From assembly GCA_050015075.1 (NCBI GenBank), contig JBEKCB010000004.1, positions 96,001 to 160,000 of the forward strand: DNA of 64,000 bases, written 5' to 3'. Of the stretch, positions 27,033 to 37,938 are shown piece after piece. A program made the translations under genes and the position numbers. Within the stretch, counting starts at the first letter, position 1; each line of letters begins with the position of its first letter. This stretch comes from Candidatus Brocadiia bacterium (GTDB lineage Bacteria; Planctomycetota; Brocadiia; CAIUPP01). A model generated the notes under the pieces. That model was not told where the DNA came from, ran no database searches, and was given only the letters and a program-made list of their open reading frames with translations.

Positions 27033-27479
27033 CTATTCCGCGGCGGCGAGCCGTCCGAGCAGCGTGCCCAACTCGCGGAGCTTCTGCGTCGCCTCCTCGT
27101 CCGGGCGGTTCAGCACCAGCACCGGCGCGCAGGCGAGCCGGAACTTGAAGCTCCGGCAGATGGACTTGACGCTCTCGACGGCTTTGCCGCCGCCGCCATG
27201 CGTCAGGAAAACGCCGACCGGCTTGTCGGTCACCTTGCCCTGCGTCGGATAGTAGGCGCGGTCGAAGAAATCCTTCACGCCGCCGGCCATGTAGCTGAAA
27301 TAGTCCGGCGTGCCCACCGCCAGCGCCGCGCAGTCGAGCAGGTCCTCCGGCCCGGCCTTCAACGCCTCCATCACCTTCGCCTCGACGCCCTCGGCTTTCC
27401 GCACGCCCTCCGCGACGGCCTCGGCGGCCGCGCGCGTGTTCCCGCTCAGCGAATGGTAAACGATCAGAACTTTCGCCAT
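27033..27479 (-). CDS. Flavodoxin / WrbA-like FMN-binding protein
   Basis: MAKVLIVYHSLSGNT FMN loop, GTPDYFSYMAG.VKDFFDR; GGAGGA RBS. Confidence 0.85.
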   Translation of the reverse strand: MAKVLIVYHSLSGNTRAAAEAVAEGVRKAEGVEAKVMEALKAGPEDLLDCAALAVGTPDYFSYMAGGVKDFFDRAYYPTQGKVTDKPVGVFLTHGGGGKAVESVKSICRSFKFRLACAPVLVLNRPDEEATQKLRELGTLLGRLAAAE

Positions 27480-27653
27480 CGTTCTTCCTCCCGTGTTCAT
27501 CGCCCGCGATCCGCCCAAACGCGCCGGCGGTCATCATATCATCCCCGGCGAGACCGGACAATGCCGCAGTTCCGAAAGCGAGACTCGCCCGGCCGATCGC
27601 GGTATAATACGCGCTGCGATAATGACCGGCGCACCTTGGAGGATGGAGCAACG

Positions 27654-28979
27654 ATGACACGCAATGCGACGAGTGAGCAGCTTTTCGGGAAGACGTTCGC
27701 CTGCGAGTGCGGCAAGACGCACCGAATCGAGCCGCGCGAGGTGCTGTTCGAGCGCGGGGCCGCGGAGAAAGTGCCGGCGCTCTGCGCCCGCTGCGTGAAG
27801 GGACGGCGCGTGGCGGTCGTAATGGACGTCCGCACGCGCGAGATCGCCGGCGCGGAGGTGTCGCGCAGGATGGCCTCGGGCGGGTGGACGGTTTCCGAAT
27901 TGCTCGTGCCGGACCGGAGCAACGGACACGTGCCGGAGTGCGATGACGTGACGAAGGAGAAACTCGCCGCGGTCCTCGGGCCGGTGGACTTCCTCCTGCC
28001 GGTCGGAAGCGGCGTGGTGACGGACCTCAGCCGGTGGCTGGCGGAGGACCGCAAGCTGCCGTTCGTGAGCTTCGCAACCGCGGCCAGCATGAACGGCTAC
28101 GCCAGCTCCAACGCGGCACCGACGATCGCGGGGGTGAAGCGGGTGAAGTGGGCGCATCCGCCGGTGGCGCTCGCGGCCGATCCGGCGATCATCGCCGCGG
28201 CGCCGTGGAAGATGACCGCCTCCGGCCTGGGCGACGTGCTGGCCAAGTCGGTCAGCACGACGGACTGGCGGCTCAATCATCTGCTCTTCGGCGATTACTA
28301 TTGCGCGCGGTCGGTGAACCTGATCGCCGACATCGAGCCGCTCTACCTGGAGCACCCGGACGAATTGAAAGCGCGGTCGCCGCAGGCGATTGACGCGCTG
28401 TTCCGCGCCCTGCTGCTGACCGGCGCGGCCATGACGATGGCGGAGACTTCTTCACCGGCCTCCGGCGGCGAGCACATGATGAGCCACACGCTCGACATGT
28501 TGTCGCTGCGCGACGAGACGGAGCACGACATGCACGGGCGGCAGGTGGGCGTCGGCACGGTGCTGGCGTCGGAGCTTTACCGCCGCGTGCTGGCGGTGGA
28601 GTCTCCATCGGTCGCGGAGCCGCAACTGTCGCCGGATGAGCGCTTCTGGGGGAAGCTCGCGGGCGAAATGCGGCAGGAGTACTCGGCCAAGGCGGAGCGC
28701 ATGCGGCTGGCGGCTCGGAAGCTGGCGCAGCCGGGCGAGTGGGACCGCATCCGCGCGGACCTCGCGCCGCTGACGCGGACGCCGGAGACCATCCAGCGCT
28801 GCCTCTCGCGCGCCGGTGCGGCCTCGCGGGCGGCGGACATCGGCATCAGCAAGGAGCAGTTGCTCGGCGTGCTGCTGCACTCGCACGAAATCCGCTCGCG
28901 TTTCACCATCCTCGACCTGGCCCGGCTGGTCGGAATAATGCCGAAGGCGGCAGTGGAGATCGTGGAGCAGTGGGCTTAG
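27654..28979 (+). CDS. egsA: sn-glycerol-1-phosphate dehydrogenase (AraM/EgsA family)
   Basis: N-terminal CECGKTH, VGSGVVTD, TAASMNGYAS, SGLGDVLAK, PASGGEH..SH, HG.QVGVG; ATG 27654 with TATAAT at 27603. Confidence 0.85.
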   Translation: MTRNATSEQLFGKTFACECGKTHRIEPREVLFERGAAEKVPALCARCVKGRRVAVVMDVRTREIAGAEVSRRMASGGWTVSELLVPDRSNGHVPECDDVTKEKLAAVLGPVDFLLPVGSGVVTDLSRWLAEDRKLPFVSFATAASMNGYASSNAAPTIAGVKRVKWAHPPVALAADPAIIAAAPWKMTASGLGDVLAKSVSTTDWRLNHLLFGDYYCARSVNLIADIEPLYLEHPDELKARSPQAIDALFRALLLTGAAMTMAETSSPASGGEHMMSHTLDMLSLRDETEHDMHGRQVGVGTVLASELYRRVLAVESPSVAEPQLSPDERFWGKLAGEMRQEYSAKAERMRLAARKLAQPGEWDRIRADLAPLTRTPETIQRCLSRAGAASRAADIGISKEQLLGVLLHSHEIRSRFTILDLARLVGIMPKAAVEIVEQWA

Positions 28980-28983
28980 GTTG

Positions 28984-29077
28984 GGAGATTAGGAGATTAG
29001 GAAACTGGGAGATTGAGATAAAAGGCGACTGCAAAGTCTAATGCGCAATCTCCCAATTTCCTAATCTCCCAATCTCC
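28984..29077. repeat. Inverted repeat built from 8-nt tandem units (GGAGATTA/G), probable bidirectional terminator
   Basis: GGAGATTAGGAGATTAGGAAACTGGGAGATTG ... CAATCTCCCAATTTCCTAATCTCCCAATCTCC between convergent genes. Confidence 0.75.
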
Positions 29078-29084
29078 GAATATG

Positions 29085-31259
29085 TCACGCCGCAGGCCCG
29101 TGCGGCTTGAACGGCTTCGGCGGGGGCGGCTTCTTCTGCGGCGGGCGCGCGTGGACTTCGAAGCTGTCCAGAATCCGCATGAGCAGATCCTGAAACGCGT
29201 TCTCGTCCCGGGTCTCGCATTCGAAAACCAGGATATAGCTGCCGTCGGGCTGGATCAAGTGGAAGCGGAACCGGGTGATGCGCGTATCGTCCTCGGTCGC
29301 GGTGACCTTGAGTTCGTGGTAGATTTTCTTCCCGACGATCAGATTCTTCTCGCCGTTCGGGAGACTTTCCTCGCCGTTCGCCGGGCCGAGTTTCAGCGGC
29401 ACGTCCGGCGCCGGGATGATGAGCAGGCCCTCGCCCAGCGGACCCAGGTACTGCACCCGTTCCGGCTGGACGAGCGATATCCAGAAACCCGGCACCTCCA
29501 CGCTCCAGCCGCGGTCCGGAGCCTCGCGGGTCACCAGCGGCTGGGGCTTTATCGGATAGCCGCCGCCCTCGACGTTGCGGACGACGTTGAACAGGCTGAC
29601 GGCCACAACGAGCGCCATGGCCAACCCCGCGACGTGGAAGGCGGTTTTCCGCCGGCCTTCGGTCCCCGCCGGACGCAGCAATAAGCCGATCGCCGCGCCG
29701 CCGACCAGTCCGCCGAGATGCGCGAAGTTGTCAATGTGCGGCTCGAAGAATCCGAAGAGCACCTGGAGCACGGCGATGAAGATGAAATTGAAGAAATAGA
29801 CCTTCCGCACGTGCTTCGGGATCGACTTGAAGGTGATCGAGATCACCGCCGCCGCGCCGAGCAGCCCCATGATCGCGCCGGAGGCGCCCGCCGACAACGG
29901 CGGGTTGCCCAGCCACGTGCTCGCCACCGAGCCGCAAATCCCGGCGACCATGAAGACCACGAACATCTCCCAGCGGCCCGTCAGTCGCTCGACGAAAGCG
30001 CCGAAGAGATACAGCGCGTACATGTTGAAAAGCAGGTGCACCGCCCCGATGTGAAGGAAGACGCTGGCAACGAGCCGCCACCACTCGCCGGCTTTGACCA
30101 GGCCTGACACATTCGCGCCGAACTGCGCCAGCGTGTAGGAGGACTCGCTCGAACCGGAGAGTTCCGTGACGAGCCACACGCCCATGCACGCGGCGATGAG
30201 GCCCCAGGTGAGCGCCGGTTTCCACGCGACGGCGGGGACGAGCGGCCGAGCGACGGCGATCGGCGCGCGCTCCTCGAGCAACTCGATCGCGTCGAGGTCC
30301 GCGTCCGTGCCGGCGGTGGGCGCCGCTTGAGCGGCGCCGCCGGTCGCGAGATACGGCTCCGCGATGCGGCGCAGCCACGCCTCGCCTTCGCGCTGGCGGG
30401 CCAGCGCGGAAGCGATCACGGCATGGGCGGCTTCCGGCTCGCCGTGCCGCAGCAACGCCACACCGCGCCAGAGGCGCACGTAGGCCGTCGGCAGGCTCGA
30501 GGCGACCGCGCCGTTCCTGTCGAGCAGGCGTTCGAGGGCGTAGACCCGGCCGGCCTGCGCATAAGCGTGGATGAAGGCGACGAAGCGGCGCAGGTCCTGC
30601 GAGTTCGGCTGGGCGACCAACTCTTCCGCGCGGCGGAGGCACCGGGCCGCTTTGGGCAGGTCGCCCGCCTCGCCATAGGGAATGACCATCGTGTAGAGTA
30701 TGTCGGCGTCGGGGCGCAATCCGCCCGGCCCGAAGTGCTTCTCGAACAGCTCGACCGCGGTGCGGTACTCGCCCAGTGCGGTCCAGGAGTTGATCCGGCT
30801 CTCGATGAAGCCCTTGCGCGAGGTGGCGGCGGTGAGGCGAACGAGCCAGTGGCCGCGGGGAACGCTCTCGAGGAAGCCCGCGCTTCCGCGCGCCGCGGCG
30901 GCGTAGATCGGTTCGATCGCGGGAAACGTGGCCGACCGCGGCCGCCACAGCAGCAGCGACAGCGCCAGTCCCCAGCGCCGGGCCGCGGGCGCGTTGCCCC
31001 GGGTGAACAGTGCGTGGATGCGCCGCTGGAGGAAGATCGGCACGAACAGCGTCACCACCAGGAGCAGCACGACGGCCGGGACGTAAACGGACTGCAGGTC
31101 GGTCCGATGGGTGAGGAGGAGCCACGCCGCGAACGCGCCGCAGAGCACGCACTGAATGACGCGGCCGAGGTTCCAGCGCCAGTCGCTGTACAGCAGGAGC
31201 GCGGCGACGTAAAGCCAAATGCCCGCGCAGAGAAAGACAATCGCCAGGCCATAATCCAT
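29085..31259 (-). CDS. Rhomboid family intramembrane serine protease with N-terminal TM/TPR-like region and C-terminal soluble domain
   Basis: GEWWRL...FLH...HLLFNM, GASG (catalytic Ser), IDNFAHLGG (catalytic His). Confidence 0.85.
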   Translation of the reverse strand: MDYGLAIVFLCAGIWLYVAALLLYSDWRWNLGRVIQCVLCGAFAAWLLLTHRTDLQSVYVPAVVLLLVVTLFVPIFLQRRIHALFTRGNAPAARRWGLALSLLLWRPRSATFPAIEPIYAAAARGSAGFLESVPRGHWLVRLTAATSRKGFIESRINSWTALGEYRTAVELFEKHFGPGGLRPDADILYTMVIPYGEAGDLPKAARCLRRAEELVAQPNSQDLRRFVAFIHAYAQAGRVYALERLLDRNGAVASSLPTAYVRLWRGVALLRHGEPEAAHAVIASALARQREGEAWLRRIAEPYLATGGAAQAAPTAGTDADLDAIELLEERAPIAVARPLVPAVAWKPALTWGLIAACMGVWLVTELSGSSESSYTLAQFGANVSGLVKAGEWWRLVASVFLHIGAVHLLFNMYALYLFGAFVERLTGRWEMFVVFMVAGICGSVASTWLGNPPLSAGASGAIMGLLGAAAVISITFKSIPKHVRKVYFFNFIFIAVLQVLFGFFEPHIDNFAHLGGLVGGAAIGLLLRPAGTEGRRKTAFHVAGLAMALVVAVSLFNVVRNVEGGGYPIKPQPLVTREAPDRGWSVEVPGFWISLVQPERVQYLGPLGEGLLIIPAPDVPLKLGPANGEESLPNGEKNLIVGKKIYHELKVTATEDDTRITRFRFHLIQPDGSYILVFECETRDENAFQDLLMRILDSFEVHARPPQKKPPPPKPFKPHGPAA

Positions 31260-31321
31260 CGAGGGTCCTTGACGGAGGGCGAAGTGCGGAGTGCGGAATG
31301 CCGCCCGCGATCCGGCCTCAC

Positions 31322-32695
31322 TTACGCGTTGAGGTTCATGGAGCGGAGGAACTCCTCGTTGCTCTTGCTGCGCGAGATGCGGTCGCGCAGGAGCTCCATC
31401 GCCTCGACCATCTGCATTTCGCTCAGGACCCGCCGCAGAATCCAGATGCGCTTCTGCTCGTCATCGGAGAAGAGCAGTTCCTCTTTCCGCGTGCCGGAGC
31501 GCTCGATGTCAATCGCCGGGAACACGCGCCGGTCCACCAGGCGCCGGTCGAGATGCAGGTCCATGTTGCCGGTGGCCTTGAACTCCTCGAAGATCACTTC
31601 GTCCATGCGGCTGCCGGTGTCAATCAGGCAGGTGCCGAGGATCGTGAGCGAGCCGCCTTCCTCGACGTTTCGCGCCGAGCCGAAGAAGCGCTTCGGCTTC
31701 TGCAGCGCGTTGGAGTCCACGCCTCCGGAGAGGATCTTGCCGCTGTGCGGCACCTCGGCGTTGTAGGCGCGTCCGAGGCGCGTGATCGAGTCCATCAGGA
31801 TCACGACGTCGTGCCCGTACTCGACGAGCCGGCGCGCCTTCTCGATGACCATCTCGCTGACCTGGCAGTGGCGGCTGGTGGGCTCGTCGAAGGTGGAGCT
31901 GATGACCTCGCCCTTGATGGAGCGCTCCATGTCGGTGACTTCCTCGGGCCGCTCGGCGACGAGCAGGACGATCAGCTTGACTTCGGGGTGGTTCTGCCCG
32001 ATGGACTGGGCGATCTTCTGGATGATGACGGTCTTGCCGGTGCGCGGCGGCGCGACGATGAGGCCGCGCTGCCCCTTGCCGATCGGCGTGATGAGGTCCA
32101 CGATGCGCATGTCCACGTTCTTCGGGTCGGTCTCCAAGCGCAGGCGCTCCTGCGGATAGAGCGGGGTGAGTTCGTCGAACGGGATCTTCTCGTTGATGAG
32201 GTCGGGCGCCTCGTAGTTGATCGCCTCGACGCGCAGCAGCGCGAAGTACCGTTCGCCGTCCTTCGGCGGGCGGATCTGCCCCTGCACGATCGAGCCGGTC
32301 TTGATCCCGAACCGCCGGATCTGCGAGGGCGAGATGTAGATGTCGTCCGGGCACGGCAGGTAGTTGTAATCGGGCGAGCGGAGGAAGCCAAAACCGTCGG
32401 GCAGCACTTCGAGCACGCCCTCGCCGTACATCAAGCCGTTCTTGCTGCAGCGCTCTTTCAGGATTTTGAAGAGCAGGTCCTGTTTGTTGAGCGAGGAATA
32501 CTCGGTGATGTTCTCGCGCTTGGCGGTATCGCGCAGTTCCTTGATCGTCATGTGCTGCAGGTCCGCGATGAACAACCGGTCGCTGGCCTTGACATCGGCC
32601 GCCGGCCGCGCGGGCTGTTCCGGCGCTTCGCTCTCGGCGGCGTTGTGATTCGCGTCTTCGTTCGGTGTCGGCGGCATCGGTTTCTGCCTAGCCAT
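31322..32695 (-). CDS. rho: Transcription termination factor Rho
   Basis: [48 protein letters not shown]; ATG 32695. Confidence 0.97.
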   Translation of the reverse strand: MARQKPMPPTPNEDANHNAAESEAPEQPARPAADVKASDRLFIADLQHMTIKELRDTAKRENITEYSSLNKQDLLFKILKERCSKNGLMYGEGVLEVLPDGFGFLRSPDYNYLPCPDDIYISPSQIRRFGIKTGSIVQGQIRPPKDGERYFALLRVEAINYEAPDLINEKIPFDELTPLYPQERLRLETDPKNVDMRIVDLITPIGKGQRGLIVAPPRTGKTVIIQKIAQSIGQNHPEVKLIVLLVAERPEEVTDMERSIKGEVISSTFDEPTSRHCQVSEMVIEKARRLVEYGHDVVILMDSITRLGRAYNAEVPHSGKILSGGVDSNALQKPKRFFGSARNVEEGGSLTILGTCLIDTGSRMDEVIFEEFKATGNMDLHLDRRLVDRRVFPAIDIERSGTRKEELLFSDDEQKRIWILRRVLSEMQMVEAMELLRDRISRSKSNEEFLRSMNLNA

Positions 32696-33404
32696 TCCTC
32701 TCTCCTCCTGATGGACAGCCAGAGCGCGCAGGGTCCTGCGCGCGACATGGAGCTGCGGTTGAACTCGGATCGGAAACCCATTGGCGGAAGAGCCGCGCCA
32801 CAGCGGCGCGGGTGTCTTCCATGGAACCATTATTGTCGAGGACGATGGAGGCGCGCGCGCGCTTTTCCGCCAGGGACGCCTGGGCGGCTTCGCGGCGGAG
32901 GACCTCGTCGTCGGACCAGCCCCGGTCGGCGCGTGCGCGCGCGAGGCGGAGCGGGTCGGCCACGTCCACGAAGATCAGCGCATTGCACCACGGCGCCAGG
33001 TCGGCCTCGATGAGAAGCGGCGCGTCAATGATGATGAGCGGCACGCCCCGGTCCGCCAGGGCGCGGTCGAGCTGGGCGCGCATCTCGCGCAGCGTCGGCG
33101 GGTGCACCCAGCCGGTGAGTTCCTTCAATTTCGCGGGATCGCCGAAGGCGATCTGGGCGATTCGTGCTCGGTCGGGGCGGCCGTCGCGGAACGTCTCGTG
33201 GCCCCAACTCTTGCGTAATTTTTCGGCGATCTCCGGCGACCGCAGGACCTCGCGCGCGATGGCGTCGGCGTCAATCACCGCCGCGCCGAGTCGCGCGAAT
33301 ATCGCCGCGACGGAGCTCTTGCCCGAGGCGATGCCGCCGGTCAGGCCGATGACTTTCGGGGTTATCGGCGTGGGAGTTATGGGATTTATGGGAATGATGG
33401 GCAC
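32688..33404 (-). CDS. coaE: Dephospho-CoA kinase
   Basis: [31 protein letters not shown]; GTG 33404 immediately after the polA stop. Confidence 0.92.
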   Translation of the reverse strand: MPIIPINPITPTPITPKVIGLTGGIASGKSSVAAIFARLGAAVIDADAIAREVLRSPEIAEKLRKSWGHETFRDGRPDRARIAQIAFGDPAKLKELTGWVHPPTLREMRAQLDRALADRGVPLIIIDAPLLIEADLAPWCNALIFVDVADPLRLARARADRGWSDDEVLRREAAQASLAEKRARASIVLDNNGSMEDTRAAVARLFRQWVSDPSSTAAPCRAQDPARSGCPSGGERNG

Positions 33405-33405
33405 G

Positions 33406-36075
33406 CTATTTGGCTTCGCTCCACGTTCGGCCCAGGGCCACATTCACTTTTACCGGCACGTCCATCTTCAGCGCGGTGCTCATCTCCGTGGAGACGAGAT
33501 CGGTCGCGCTGATCTCCTCGCTGGGCGGCACTTCGAAAAGTAGTTCGTCGTGGATCTGGAGGAGCATCTTGGTGCGCATCTTCTCGTCGCGTAGGCGGCG
33601 GGCGATGCGGATCATGGCGACCTTGATCATGTCGGCGGCGGTGCCCTGGATGACGGTGTTGACCGCGGCGCGCTCGGCGAACGCGCGCGTGGCGTGGTCG
33701 GGATCGTTCAGGCCGGGCAGCGGCCGGCGGCGGCCGAGGAGCGTGGTCACGGAGCCGTTCTTCCGCGCGTCGGCGACGGTGCGGTCTATGAACGCCTTCA
33801 CGCCTGGATAGCGGTGGAAGTACGCCTCGATGAACGCGGCGGCTTCCTCGTTCGGGATTTTCAACTGGCGCGCCAGGCCGTATGGGCCCTGGCCGTAGAT
33901 GATGCCGAAATTGGTCGTCTTGGCCACGCGCCGCATCGCGGGGGTAACCTCTTCGGGCTTGACGCCGTGGATCTGCGCCGCGACGAAGCGATGGATGTCC
34001 ACGTCCTGCGCGAACGCCTCGCGCAGCGCCGCGTCGCCGCTGAGGTGCGCGAGGATGCGCAGCTCGATCTGCGAGTAATCGGCCGTCAGCAGCCGGTTGC
34101 GCGGGTCGGTCGCGACGAAGGCCTTGCGGATGCGCTCGCCGATTTCGCTGCGGATCGGGATGTTCTGCAGGTTCGGGTCGCTGCTGCTGAGCCGTCCGGT
34201 CGTCGTCGCCGCCTGGTTGAACGAGGTGTGCAACCGGTTGCTGCCGGGCGCGACCATCTCCGGCAGCGCGTCCGCATAGGTGGACTTGAGCTTGCTCAAC
34301 TGCCGATATTCGAGCACCAGCGCGGGCAGGCGATGCGCGGCGGAGAGCTGGTCGAGCACGTCGCTGTCGGTGGAGCTTCCGGTGCGGGTCTTGCGGCCGC
34401 GCGGCAGGCGCAGTTTCTCGAAGAGGATCTTCGCCAGTTGCTGCGTGGAGCCGATGTTGAACTCCTCGCCGGCCTCCTGGTAAATCCGTTTTTCGAGTTT
34501 CGCCATTTCCTGCTCGAGCCATTGCGACATGGTGCGCAGCGCGGCCACGTCGAGTCCGATGCCCTGGAATTCCATCTCCGCGAGCACCGAGACCAGCGGC
34601 ATTTCGACTTGCGCGAAGAGGTCGTGCATCTTCTGATCGCGCAGCAGCTTTTCGAGAATCTCGGAGAGCCGCAGCGCGATGTCGGAATCCGCGCAGCAGT
34701 AGTCGCAGACCTTCCGCGCCGGGACGCGGTCCATGGTGATCTGCTTCTTGCCCTTGCCGATGAGGTCGCTGATCGGGATCATCCGGTAGCTCAGGTAATC
34801 GGCCGCGAGCTCGTCGAGGCCGTAGCGGCGGCGCTCGGCGTCGAGGACGTAGGCGGCGATCATCGTGTCGAAAACGATCCCGCGCAGTTCCACGCCGTGG
34901 CGGCGCAGCACGACGGTGTCGTACTTGATGTTCTGGCCGATCTTGCCGACCGACTCGTCCGTGAGGATCGGCCGCAGCGCGTCGAGCACTTTCTCGGTGT
35001 CGAGCGTCGGGTCGGGCGCCAGCGCGCGCGTCGGGATGTACCAGGCCTCTTTCGGCTGCCAGCAGACGGAGAGGCCGACGATCTCGGCGAGCATCGGCGA
35101 AGTGCTCGTCGTCTCCAGGTCAATCGAGAACCGCTTCTGCGCGCGCAGGGCGGCGAGAAGAGACTCGAGCGCTTCCTCGGTGTCCACCAGGTGATAGGCG
35201 GCCGCCTCTTCGCGCGTCGGCGCAACGGGGAACTCGGCGATGAACTGCCGGAAGCCCAGTTTCTGGAAGACCGGAACCAGCCGTTCCGGCTCAGGCGGTT
35301 TCACCCGGCACGCGTCGAGCGAAAGCTCGACCGGCGCTTTCGTGTCAATCGTCACCAGCCGGCGGCTCAGGCGCGCCGCATCGGCGTGCGTGGTCAGGCT
35401 CTCTTTCAGCCGCTTGCCGCGGATTTCGCCGACGTGCGCCAGGACGTTCTCCAGCGTGCCGTATTCCCGGATCAACTCCAGCGCGGTCTTCGGGCCGACG
35501 TGCGGGACGCCGGGGACGTTGTCGCTCGCATCGCCGGAAAGCGCCATGACCTCGATCACCTGTTCGGGCGCGATGCCGTCGCGCTCGCGGAGCTTTTCCG
35601 CCGTCAGGGTTTGGTCTTTGCCGGTGTCGAGACAGGAAACGTTCGGCCCCAGCAGTTGCGCCGCGTCCTTGTCGCCCGTGACGATAACCACGTCCACCCC
35701 CAAGCCGGACGCCTGGACGGCCAGCGTGCCGAGCACGTCATCCGCCTCGTATCCTTCCAGGGCGTACACCGGCACCTGCAGCGCGTCGAGCACTTCGCGC
35801 GTCAGGGGAATCTGGGCGATGAATTCATCCGGCGGCTTCACGCGTGTGGCCTTGTAATCCTCGAAAAGGTCGTGCCGGAAGGTCTTGCCGGGCATGTCGA
35901 GCGCCACGGCCAGGTAGTCCGGCTTCTGCTCGCGCAGCAGCTTCCGAAGCATGGCGGTGAAACCGAAGACGGCATTGGTGGGCCTGCCCTCCGGCGAGGT
36001 GAGCCCTTTGACCGCGAAGAACGCGCGGTACAGGTGCGAGTGCCCGTCTATGAGGAAAAGTTTCTTTCGAGCCAT
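33406..36075 (-). CDS. polA: DNA polymerase I
   Basis: LIDGHSHLYRAF 5'-3' exonuclease, DLETT 3'-5' exonuclease, TGRLSS..PNLQNIP, DYSQIELR, NFGIIYG, QIHDEL. Confidence 0.98.
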   Translation of the reverse strand: MARKKLFLIDGHSHLYRAFFAVKGLTSPEGRPTNAVFGFTAMLRKLLREQKPDYLAVALDMPGKTFRHDLFEDYKATRVKPPDEFIAQIPLTREVLDALQVPVYALEGYEADDVLGTLAVQASGLGVDVVIVTGDKDAAQLLGPNVSCLDTGKDQTLTAEKLRERDGIAPEQVIEVMALSGDASDNVPGVPHVGPKTALELIREYGTLENVLAHVGEIRGKRLKESLTTHADAARLSRRLVTIDTKAPVELSLDACRVKPPEPERLVPVFQKLGFRQFIAEFPVAPTREEAAAYHLVDTEEALESLLAALRAQKRFSIDLETTSTSPMLAEIVGLSVCWQPKEAWYIPTRALAPDPTLDTEKVLDALRPILTDESVGKIGQNIKYDTVVLRRHGVELRGIVFDTMIAAYVLDAERRRYGLDELAADYLSYRMIPISDLIGKGKKQITMDRVPARKVCDYCCADSDIALRLSEILEKLLRDQKMHDLFAQVEMPLVSVLAEMEFQGIGLDVAALRTMSQWLEQEMAKLEKRIYQEAGEEFNIGSTQQLAKILFEKLRLPRGRKTRTGSSTDSDVLDQLSAAHRLPALVLEYRQLSKLKSTYADALPEMVAPGSNRLHTSFNQAATTTGRLSSSDPNLQNIPIRSEIGERIRKAFVATDPRNRLLTADYSQIELRILAHLSGDAALREAFAQDVDIHRFVAAQIHGVKPEEVTPAMRRVAKTTNFGIIYGQGPYGLARQLKIPNEEAAAFIEAYFHRYPGVKAFIDRTVADARKNGSVTTLLGRRRPLPGLNDPDHATRAFAERAAVNTVIQGTAADMIKVAMIRIARRLRDEKMRTKMLLQIHDELLFEVPPSEEISATDLVSTEMSTALKMDVPVKVNVALGRTWSEAK

Positions 36076-36314
36076 CTTCACTTGCTAATCTGCGAGGCAG
36101 CGAACTTTCGCTGCGCGGCGCGAGCGGATGCGACGCCGACCCAAGGCGGACGAGCGCGCGGATAACGTACCGGTCGAACATGGGGCTGCGGCCGACCCTG
36201 TCGTTGGAAATGCGTGGTTATGGCGAGCAGGATAATAATTGTCTCAGCAGGGGTATTCAGCGATCTCGAATCAGGAAGGATGCCCGGCCCGTCTCCCAGG
36301 CCAATCCGTCTAGT

Positions 36315-36343
36315 ATCTTATCCGCACCGGAAGCGTTTGTCAA
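36315..36343 (-). promoter_or_regulatory. sigma70 promoter of the polA-coaE-rho operon
   Basis: Minus strand TTGACA - 17 nt - TAAGAT; implies a leader of about 230 nt. Confidence 0.55.
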
Positions 36344-36469
36344 GCGAAAATGCGGCATTTCGCGCCAGGAACCGCAACAGCGTCGCGTCAGGGTTGAGCC
36401 GGACAAAGATTTGTGGCATAATCCGGCCTTGGCGGCATGGGCGCGCCCGTGGTCCTTGGAGCGTTGTGA

Positions 36470-37039
36470 ATGGCTGATCAAAGCCCCGCGCAACCCGAAC
36501 AGCCGGGACAGGTTCCGCCGGACGAGACGGAGCCGGCCGCCCCGTCTTCAGAACCGGAGCGGGGCACGCCGCCGGAAAGAATCGCTCCGGTCCCGCCTGG
36601 CGAAGATTCGGATGAATCATTGCAGGGATCATCCGCTGAACCGCCGACCCAGCCGATCGAGCCGCCCCAGTCCGCCGAGGCCGCATCCCAGCCGCCGGAA
36701 GGAGTACCGGAATCGCAGGAAAACTTCCCGTGCCCGTTCGACGAGGACATCGGATACGAGATCGTCGAGCCGCCGGAGGGCGAGGAATCGGACGATGGCT
36801 TCGCGAGCATTCCGCCGGGCCCGACCGAAGAGGTGAACTACGAGCCGCCGCGCGTTCGCGGGCCGAGACGACGTGGAGACCGCGGCCGCCGTCAAGCGGC
36901 GCGCCCCGCAGCGCCGGTCCAGGACAGGGACAGGGAACCGGCAACCAAGCGTTTTCCGATCTGGCTGGCCGTCGCCGGCGTCGTGCTGGCGGCGGCGATC
37001 ATCGCTGTGGTGATTTTGCTCGCGAGGAGTGGACGATAG
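36470..37039 (+). CDS. Hypothetical Pro/Glu-rich protein with a C-terminal transmembrane anchor
   Basis: Low-complexity acidic body, single hydrophobic helix (FPIWLAVAGVVLAAAIIAVVILLA); GGAG RBS; promoter candidate TTGAGC (36394) - 17 - CATAAT. Confidence 0.6.
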   Translation: MADQSPAQPEQPGQVPPDETEPAAPSSEPERGTPPERIAPVPPGEDSDESLQGSSAEPPTQPIEPPQSAEAASQPPEGVPESQENFPCPFDEDIGYEIVEPPEGEESDDGFASIPPGPTEEVNYEPPRVRGPRRRGDRGRRQAARPAAPVQDRDREPATKRFPIWLAVAGVVLAAAIIAVVILLARSGR

Positions 37040-37087
37040 ACGATGGACGATTGTCCATGGTCTATGGTCTATCGTCTAACGTCAATC
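37031..37087. repeat. Inverted repeat built from 7-nt tandem units (RGACGAT) between convergent genes
   Basis: GGACGAT AGACGAT GGACGAT ... GTCCATG GTCTATG GTCTATC GTCTAAC GTCAATC; contains or abuts both stop codons. Confidence 0.65.
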
Positions 37088-37775
37088 AGCCGTCCTCGCT
37101 GCGTCCCCGGCGCACCAGGCGGGCCGAAGTGCCGGCGGCGATGGCGCCGGGCGGGACGTCCTGCGTGACGACTGAGCCGGAGACTACAATCGCGCCCGCG
37201 CCTATCCTGCGGCTGGGCAGAACGACCACGCCGTCGCCGATGAAAGCGCCTTCCTCCAGGTGAGTTCCAGCCCCGAGAGTCGTTCCGGCCCCGATGGTTC
37301 CATGACAGCCGATCACGCAATCGTGGTCGAGCAGGCTGCCCATGCCGACGAGGCAGTTCTCCTCCAGGACCGTGCCGACGCCCAGCAGCGCGCGCGCGCC
37401 GATGACGCACCCGGCGCCGATCTTCACCTCCTGCAAGACCATGGCCGTCGGATGGGTGAGCACCGCCGGCGTCAGCCCCGCCTCGATGCACGCGCGGTAG
37501 AGCCGCCGGCGCGAGACCGCCGCGCCGGAGACGACGACGAACTGCCGGATGCCCATGCGTTTCAGCCGGGGCAACTGGGCCTGGCCTTCGAGTTTGACGA
37601 CGGGCAACCCGGCCCAGGAGTCGCCGCGGAACTTCCCCTGCGGGTCCACGAAGCAATCCACCTCGCGACCGTTCGCGCGGAAGTTCTCCAGGATCATCCG
37701 GCCGGAAGGCGTCGGCCCCAGGATGCAGATGCCGCCGTTGCCGCGCCGGCCCGGGAATAGTTTCTTAAGCCTCAC
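37086..37775 (-). CDS. NeuD/PglD-like sugar acetyltransferase (hexapeptide repeat)
   Basis: N-terminal Rossmann-like segment, THPTA, hexapeptide repeats, LDHDC His motif, VVTQDVP; start uncertain (GTG 37775 has a GGAG RBS). Confidence 0.75.
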   Translation of the reverse strand: MRLKKLFPGRRGNGGICILGPTPSGRMILENFRANGREVDCFVDPQGKFRGDSWAGLPVVKLEGQAQLPRLKRMGIRQFVVVSGAAVSRRRLYRACIEAGLTPAVLTHPTAMVLQEVKIGAGCVIGARALLGVGTVLEENCLVGMGSLLDHDCVIGCHGTIGAGTTLGAGTHLEEGAFIGDGVVVLPSRRIGAGAIVVSGSVVTQDVPPGAIAAGTSARLVRRGRSEDG

Positions 37776-37865
37776 GATGGGAACTCCAACGCCAAGGAGA
37801 GATGAACGATAGACCACGGTCCGCCGTCTCACCCAATGCTACCACGCGCGCGCGGGGGATTCAAG

Positions 37866-37894
37866 TTGACGGTTTCCGGCGATGCCCTTATAAT
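37866..37894 (+). promoter_or_regulatory. Near-consensus sigma70 promoter for argB-mla
   Basis: TTGACG - 17 nt - TATAAT. Confidence 0.7.
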
Positions 37895-37938
37895 CCCATA
37901 TCCGTGACCCACAGCCGGTCATTCATGGATGGCCGTCA

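Noticed and set aside
36076-36310. Structured ncRNA (6S or riboswitch) in the long polA leader
   Set aside because: Only short local hairpins were seen and I recognised no known RNA motif; an Rfam search would be needed.
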